From the NCBI GenBank assembly GCA_002269645.1, contig NIVC01000944.1:248001-312000 (forward strand): a DNA stretch of 64,000 bases, given 5' to 3'. Made by a program: the position numbers and the translations under genes. Under the pieces are notes generated by a model. That model searched no databases. It had not been told where the DNA came from and was given only the letters and a program-made list of their open reading frames with translations. This stretch comes from Macrostomum lignano (Eukaryota). Positions 57,699 to 64,000 of the stretch are shown here, piece after piece (the first letter of the stretch is position 1; each line of letters begins with the position of its first letter).

Positions 57699-60451
57699 TC
57701 AGTCGTGCAGCGCCGCGATCACCAGGTCCATGACGTTCGTGCCCGTCAGCCCCGGCTGGAACAGCGCCGGCGGCTCGCCGCCCGCCTCAGCCAGCAGCGA
57801 GTGCGAATCGAAGCCGGCCAGGGCGGCCCGGCAGCGGCCCTCACCCAGCCGGGCGGCCGCTCTCGGCCACGTGTCCGAGTCCACCAGACCGCCAGCCGCC
57901 TCGGTCGGACCATCGATGCCGTCGGTGCCCGCTGTCAGCACGGTGGGTCGCCAGGGGCGTCCTTGGACGGTCTCTGCCGGCCAGCGGCCGAGCCGCTCAG
58001 CCAGCAGCAGCGCCAGGTGGCCGGCGCGGCCGCCGACGCCGATGACGCCGTTCAGAGCGCCGGTTGTGTCGACGGTCGGCTCACCTCCGGCCAGCAGGGC
58101 GATGCCGCCGGAGCCGCCGGCAGCGCGCCAGATAGCGACAGCCTCGGCCAGCTTCGCCGCGTCGCCTTCGCCTAGGCTTGGGAAGTCGGCGGTGTCGGCG
58201 GTGTCAGCGGCGTCGGCGCGGAGCATCAGGCGGAGCAGCGAGGCCAGCCAGGCGTGGACCCGCTCCGCCACGGCGGACACGTCACCAGCCAGCTCGGTTG
58301 TCATGACAACGGCTGCCAGGAAGCGGGTCCCGGGGGCACCGGCGTCGAGCAACCGAAGTCGAGCGGCCTCCAGCGCCGTCCGGTTGTTGCCGACGATGAA
58401 ATTCGCCACCGCGGGCGCTGCCACAGGCGCCGGAGCCGCAGCCTCATCAGCCTGCAGCAGCTTCAGTGCAGTTGGCGGCAGCCGGGCGTCGACGCCCCGC
58501 AGCCGCGCGGTCTCCAAGGCGGCCTGCAGAGCCGCGCCGGCCGCAGCCGGAGCCACCGGCACCGTGGGCCCGCTGGCGATCACCTCAAGCGGGTCGCCGA
58601 CAACGTCGGAGAGGACGAGGCCAGCCAGCTGGCAGCCGCGCGCGCGGCACCGGAGCGCCAGACCGCCGGCCTTCACGGCATCCAGACGGGCGCGGACGGC
58701 GTTGAGCTCCGCGATGGAGAAGCCGGCGGTGGACAGCGCCCGGGTGGCGGCCCGGTAGTCCGGCAGCGGCAGGCGGGGCCAGGCCAGCAGAGCGCTGCCG
58801 CCGCCGGTCACCATGGCAACCAGGAGGTCGCCGGGGCCGAGGCTGTCAATCAAGTCGGACACGGCCCGGCTGCCCATCAGCACCGTCTCGTCTGGCAGGT
58901 TGTCGCGGGGACCCTCGAACACCTGCGGGTTGGCGCGGCCAGGTGCTCAGAATTTACCCGGGTTTTATCAGCTGACCAAGGCTAACTAACTAACTAAATA
59001 AGTAATAAGGCGCCTCAGCCATTGAACAGGCTCTTCCGCCACTAGAGATAAATATAGATTCCAGGTTGGGAGTGTACTAATGTACACTAAGATCCTAATT
59101 AGAGCTGAGAGGACTGTACATCGAGCCGGGCAAGCGGCGCCAGTCAGGCCGAGAGCGGGCCCTCGACCCCGACCCTCAGATCGTACGCCTATCCCAAACC
59201 CATTGGCTTATCTAAACCTCCCCGGGGACAGCGAGGGTTCGACGTACCAGTCAGGAAGCCCGTGCCCAAAAAATCCTGGTTAGTAGACCCCATAGCCTAT
59301 TAGCGTTGGTCCGAAGACCGAAGGCCGTGGCTACCCGCTGGGGCCGACCGCCCACCACCCCCGGGTACTCTTGCCAAGACAGTCTCTTATCTTTGAAGCG
59401 GCAGGAGGGCTAATCGCCGGGACTATTTCACCCTTTGCTTCGCCAACCCACCATTTCTATAGTGACCGTGCAACGGTCCCGTCCTGTTCAGACTCAGTCC
59501 TGGTTTTGGCACACTACAGCTTTAATAGAGTCGCTGGCTGTTCGCTCAGAGGGCACTCCGAGGGGGACCGTCAGAGCACCAACTGGAACAGGTATAGGCC
59601 TGCCTACCTATACAGCTACCCACAGCCCTTCCTGATCCACTATTACCCTCCAACCCAGCCTACTAACTCATGACAAGCTTTCGGCCTGGCAGAGACAAGT
59701 TTCACAGGGGTACTGCGGTTAGGCGTCTCTATGCGAGACAAAACCATCAGCTGACCAAGGCTCGATTCCACCCATTAGCTAAACAGCAATTACACTCTGC
59801 AACAATTCTGTCCGCCCTACAAGCTTTCCGCGCCACATTCTCTACTTTCTACTTATCAGTAGACGAACCGGCTCTGACAGCTAATTGGATATCTGAATCT
59901 CGTGACACCTCAGTCACCCTGGCGCAACGCCCTCTCCCAATCATCGCACATGTACACTCTGGGCCTTGGGGGCTGGCCTCATGGAAGTGGATCGCATGAC
60001 AACCCGGCCAACCAAGCGTCAGACGCACCCGAATGCGGCTTGCCAGGCCGCTATCGTCCGGCAGACGAAAGCCCAGCCCGGCGCTCCGTTCAGCGCGCGT
60101 CGGCGCCGGCGCCAGCACGACGCCACCCAGAAAGCGCCGGCCGAGGCGCGCCAGCGGCAGTCCGCACGCCATCCCGCCGGCAGCCTTGCCGAAGGCCACA
60201 AAGCCGACGCCGCCTGCGACGTCAAAGTCGCGACATTCGCCGGCGCTGCTGCGGATCCGCAGGCGCAAAACTTCTCCATCCTGGACGTCGCTGAGCAGCT
60301 CGATGGAGCGGCGCACCAGCGACTCCGGGTCTACGGCGGCCACACCGGCTGCGAAGGCGTCGCAGAGGCGGCTGCCCACTGTGGAGGCTGCGGCGGCGGA
60401 CATCCGGCTGAGGCCGCTAATTCGAAGCACGGCTGCTGCGGCTGTGAGCAT
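57699..60451 (-). CDS. GLYCTK: Glycerate kinase (MOFRL family); exons 60451-60029 and 58922-57699
   Basis: Motifs FGKAAGGM, VFEGPRDNLPDE, VTGGGSALL, SDVVGDPLEVIASGPT, AGGEPTV, GTDGIDGPT, TGTNVMDL. Phase-0 intron CGG|GTGCGT...CCGCAG|GTG. Confidence 0.92.
58984..59745 (-). mobile_element. Non-autonomous non-LTR retroelement (RTE-like), 762 bp, in the GLYCTK intron
   Basis: 17-bp TSD ATCAGCTGACCAAGGCT at 58967-58983 and 59746-59762; (TTAG)n 3' tail on -; no long ORF. The RTE clade is inferred from the tail and TSD. Confidence 0.8.
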
Positions 60452-60867
60452 CAGGAGAATTGGGTCGGACAGCTGTCACGTGACTGGGCTTTATCTAGCT
60501 CGTAATAGCATCCTATGACATCTGAGCTACCGGAATGCTCAATCAGCTGTCTTATCAACAGACGAAATGAAAAGCCACAGATACTGCTAACGAGGTGAAG
60601 AATCGATGAGTAGTATGCTGTTGACATTACTACATGTAGAATTTTAAAATCTTTTTAATTTTAATCTGAAAAACTGCTCGAACGCATGCTTATACAACTT
60701 TATTTTTACTGTTTTTTGGCATTTGATTTTTAATGCAGAGCAGTCTGAGCAGTTTTTTATCAATGTACCGAGCAATTTTAAGCACTAGGCTGCTAATTTC
60801 CTCACATTCAGAACTATTGAAAAATTTTAAAGCTTTGATTTAGATGAAGTTATATTGGAAAATGTCT

Positions 60868-61610
60868 CAGGTGAAGTGTCCCAGTCTGAGGACAATGGCG
60901 GGTGAGTGTCCCAGTCTGAGGACCAATGGCGGGTGAAGTGTCCCAGTCTGAGGACAATGGCGGGTGAAGTGTCCCAGTCTGAGGACCAATGGTGGGTGAA
61001 GTGTCCCAGTCTGAGGACAATGGCGGGTGAAGTGTCCCAGTCTCAGGACCAATGGCGGGTGAAGTGTCCCAGTCTCAGGACCAATGGTGGGTGAAGTGTC
61101 CCAGTCTGAGGACAATGGCGGGTGAAGTGTCCCAGTTTCAGGACCAATGGCGGGTGAAGTGTCCCAGTCTCAGGACCAATGGCGGGTGAAGTGTCCCAGT
61201 CTGAGGACAATGGCGGGTGAAGTGTCCCAGTCTCAGGACCAATGGCGGGTGAAGTGTCCCAGTCTCAGGACCAATGGCGGGTGAAGTGTCCCAGTCTGAG
61301 GACAATGGTGGGTGAAGTGTCCCAGTCTGAGGACAATGGCGGGTGAAGTGTCCCAGTCTCAGGACCAATGGCGGGTGAAGTGTCCCAGTCTCAGGACCAA
61401 TGGCGGGTGAAGTGTCCCAGTCTGAGGACAATGGCGGGTGAAGTGTCCCAGTCTCAGGACCAATGGCGGGTGAAGTGTCCCAGTCTCAGGACCAATGGCG
61501 GGTGAAGTGTCCCAGTCTCAGGACCAATGGCGGGTGAAGTGTCCCAGTCTGAGGACAATGGCGGGTGAAGTGTCCCAGTCTCAGGACCAATGGCGGGTGA
61601 AGTGTCCCAG
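60868..61610. repeat. 31/32-bp minisatellite GGAC(C)AATGGCGGGTGAAGTGTCCCAGTCT(G/C)A
   Basis: About 23 copies. Confidence 0.97.
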
Positions 61611-62211
61611 CATTGACTACTCAGTAATTCCACAGACAAAGGTCCTAAGCAACAAAACTAAAGGCAGAGGAAAGCAGAACAGGTGTTTCTGTTGCACAGG
61701 ACATCTCGTGTTGCTGATCAAAGCTAAACAGCACAAATTGATTTATTGTCAATTAGAAAAATCAGCTTTGTGGTTGTCATCGGCTTGCCAAGAATAAAAA
61801 TTGATTGATTATTCGGAAAGATCAGGTTTAATAGATAAACGGCTAAAATTTTAGACAGGCACAAATATGACAAGTCTTTATAACCATGGATTTATTAAAA
61901 TTTACATGCTAAAAAATTAACGAAGCAGGAATACATGAGAAGCGATTTCATCCAAAGCCTTCCCAGGTGGCAGCACAATTAACAGAATTCTGTTGCAGAC
62001 AGACAAAAACATGGTATAACAGCTTTGAAATTGCTGGGGTGGCATCCAGGGCGATAAGCTGAGTATAAACTGAAATCTCAGGCGAATCAAAGCATGTAAG
62101 TTATTGGCATAAATATGAATAAAATTTCTAGCCTAAAACAGCTCGCACACACCAAGCAAGTTTCAGTGGAGACAGGCAGGACATCCGGCAGCTACAAAAC
62201 ACAGGCCGAAG

Positions 62212-62652
62212 TCACCGGTAGAACTCCAGCTTCTGCTGCAGCCATTCCTCGTCCAGTTCGTCCGTGCTGCGAATTTCGAACACCTTGGTGAGGCCGACCA
62301 CATCAATGACGGTCTTGATGGTGCCGGTGTACAGCACCTGCAGCTCCGGGTTGCTGTCACGCGGGGTGCTGAAGATGAACATCAGCGGGTAGGTGACCCG
62401 GCCGTCAGGGTACGAGTGCACGTAGCTCAGCAGCAGGTAGCGCGGCTGGTGCTCGGACAGCTCCTCCACAATGTCCTCAATGCTGCAGTCCTGAACCTCG
62501 GTCTCCACGCAGACCTCCATCTTCTCGCGGTCGATTTTCAGCACAATGGCGGCCACATTTTTCTCCTTGCGCAGTCGGAATTTCTTCAGCTTCTGCTGCA
62601 GCTCGTCGGGCAGGCTGCACATGTAGCCCGAGGATGCGCCGGATTTGCCTGC
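62212..62652 (-). CDS. GMFB: Glia maturation factor (ADF-H domain); ATG probably on an upstream mini-exon
   Basis: KLKKFRLRK...IVLKIDRE...ELSEHQPRYLLLSY...DGRVTYPLMFIFSTP...VFEIRSTDELDEEWL. The track start is TTG, and an acceptor TTGCAG|GCA precedes 62652. The beta/gamma distinction is not resolvable here. Confidence 0.9.
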   Translation of the reverse strand, partial: AGKSGASSGYMCSLPDELQQKLKKFRLRKEKNVAAIVLKIDREKMEVCVETEVQDCSIEDIVEELSEHQPRYLLLSYVHSYPDGRVTYPLMFIFSTPRDSNPELQVLYTGTIKTVIDVVGLTKVFEIRSTDELDEEWLQQKLEFYR

Positions 62653-64000
62653 CTGCAAGGTCCGGGGTTCGAGTCCTAGAACATTAAATTGTAATCAAAC
62701 TGGCAATCGTTTTCTCAATTTCTCTGTAAATGTATAATTTTCCCTTTTCCAATGTATATTTACTGTTTATTATATTTTCATTTGTAAAGAATAGTTTTTA
62801 TTTAAATTGACATTTTGCATGCACATTGGCAAGTCATGGTTGTCTATGTGACTTAATTAATGTTTTGGCAAATTCAAAAAGGTAGAAGTATACTATATGT
62901 AGCATATATTGCAACTATAGGAGTTTTTGGCTTTCAAGATATTGTGATTTAAAAAAAAACAAATTCAGAAGCTGCAATTAAAACAAAGAATAGATTATCT
63001 AAGTTGCCAACAAGTAATTGAAGTTATTCATTGCAAATTTAGAAATCATCATATAAAATAGGCAAAAACTAAAGCATATATTAGTAATATCTTTGTGACA
63101 CCATATCAATAATGCCCTAAGTAGCTTATATAGCAATTGGCTTGCCAACTTAGCATTTAGCAACCTATGCCAATGAGACATGCCAGGTTTTCTATATCAG
63201 GTCACAGCTGAAATTAAAACCTACACCATATAGTAGAGATGGAATAAAAATTTGGTATTCATATTTGGTATTTGGAAAGTAGGTTATTTTTTGCTATTTA
63301 ATTCATCATTGGATTCATTTAAATTTTTAACAAATATAAGAATAAAACAAAAGCAACTCCAATATTTTAAATATTTAAGTTTGTATAAGAAAAATATTAA
63401 TATATTAGTATTAGATTTGGTAGATAGCATCTACAAATGGGCTAGTGAATTAGTTTAATAGTGAGATAGTGCACTTTTCTATAATACTGTATATTCTTCT
63501 AGTATATTTTTGCTATGATAACAACCTATCATTTCTTAGAAAATATAATATTCAAATGTCTGCTAAAATATCTTTGTGTTAATGTTGTGATACAAAATAA
63601 TTTTCTGCAAATAAATTTGTTTTAAATAGACCAGTCAACTAGTATAAATAGAAGCCCCAAGTGGGCCAAGGAAGGCAACTTGCAGAGACCTGCAAACCTG
63701 CAAACTTGCAAGAACTTAGCTGATGGCTAAGTTTTCACTAAATCTATACGTATTTTTTATTTGGCTTCTTCAATTATTAAGAATTAAAAGCCCCAATTTG
63801 GGAGAGTTAAGATATGCTAAAAAGTAAGAATTGCCTTAGAGCAGTAGATCACCATTGGGCAATAGATTGCCTCAGAGCAGTAAAATGCCTTAGAGCAATA
63901 AATTGCCTCAGGGCAGTATAAGGCTAAGAAGCTGTGACCCTCTGATCCCAGGAATATCTAGGACTAAGAGAAGAACCCTTTAAAAGAGTAAAATAGGAGT

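Noticed and set aside
57730-58985. Long antisense or alternate-frame ORFs over GC-rich exons (also 7355-8164, 3754-4281, 24942-25748)
   Set aside because: They are shadows of real GC-rich coding exons and carry no recognisable motifs.
59735-59765. Hammerhead ribozyme (CTGATG...GAAAC on -)
   Set aside because: The CTGATG comes from the target-site duplication and is followed by G rather than A, and the stems do not form.

Overview
Eukaryotic, very probably animal, genomic DNA: GC-rich spliced exons sit among minisatellite-filled introns and AT-rich intergenic DNA. The style recalls the flatworm Macrostomum, but that is inference only. Host genes are CFAP100-like (-, 3' end outside the window), an NPY/RFamide-type GPCR (-), mitochondrial EF-G1 (+, 7 exons, 746 aa), a bacterial/plant-type GHSxGG lipase (+), an 865-aa tandem-LRAT-domain membrane protein (+), glycerate kinase (-) and glia maturation factor (-). 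The centre (27.5-48.7 kb) is a mobile-element cluster: a decayed Ty3/Gypsy pol with a nested solo LTR, a piggyBac transposase split by a tRNA-SINE, and the main find, a 13,960-bp endogenous Polinton/Maverick-like (adintovirus-like) virus at 34710-48669. This element has a perfect 6-bp TSD (GCTGTC) and ~308-bp TIRs whose tips are themselves ~100-nt hairpins. It encodes a parvovirus-type PLA2 fused to the integrase, adenovirus pVI- and pX-like precursors, major and minor capsids, an adenain-like protease, a discoidin-type fibre, a pPolB with degenerate exonuclease motifs and a prim-pol/D5 helicase. No packaging ATPase is recognisable. About ten stops or frameshifts make this copy look defective, although some could be assembly errors. 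All calls come from manual motif reading; no searches were run.
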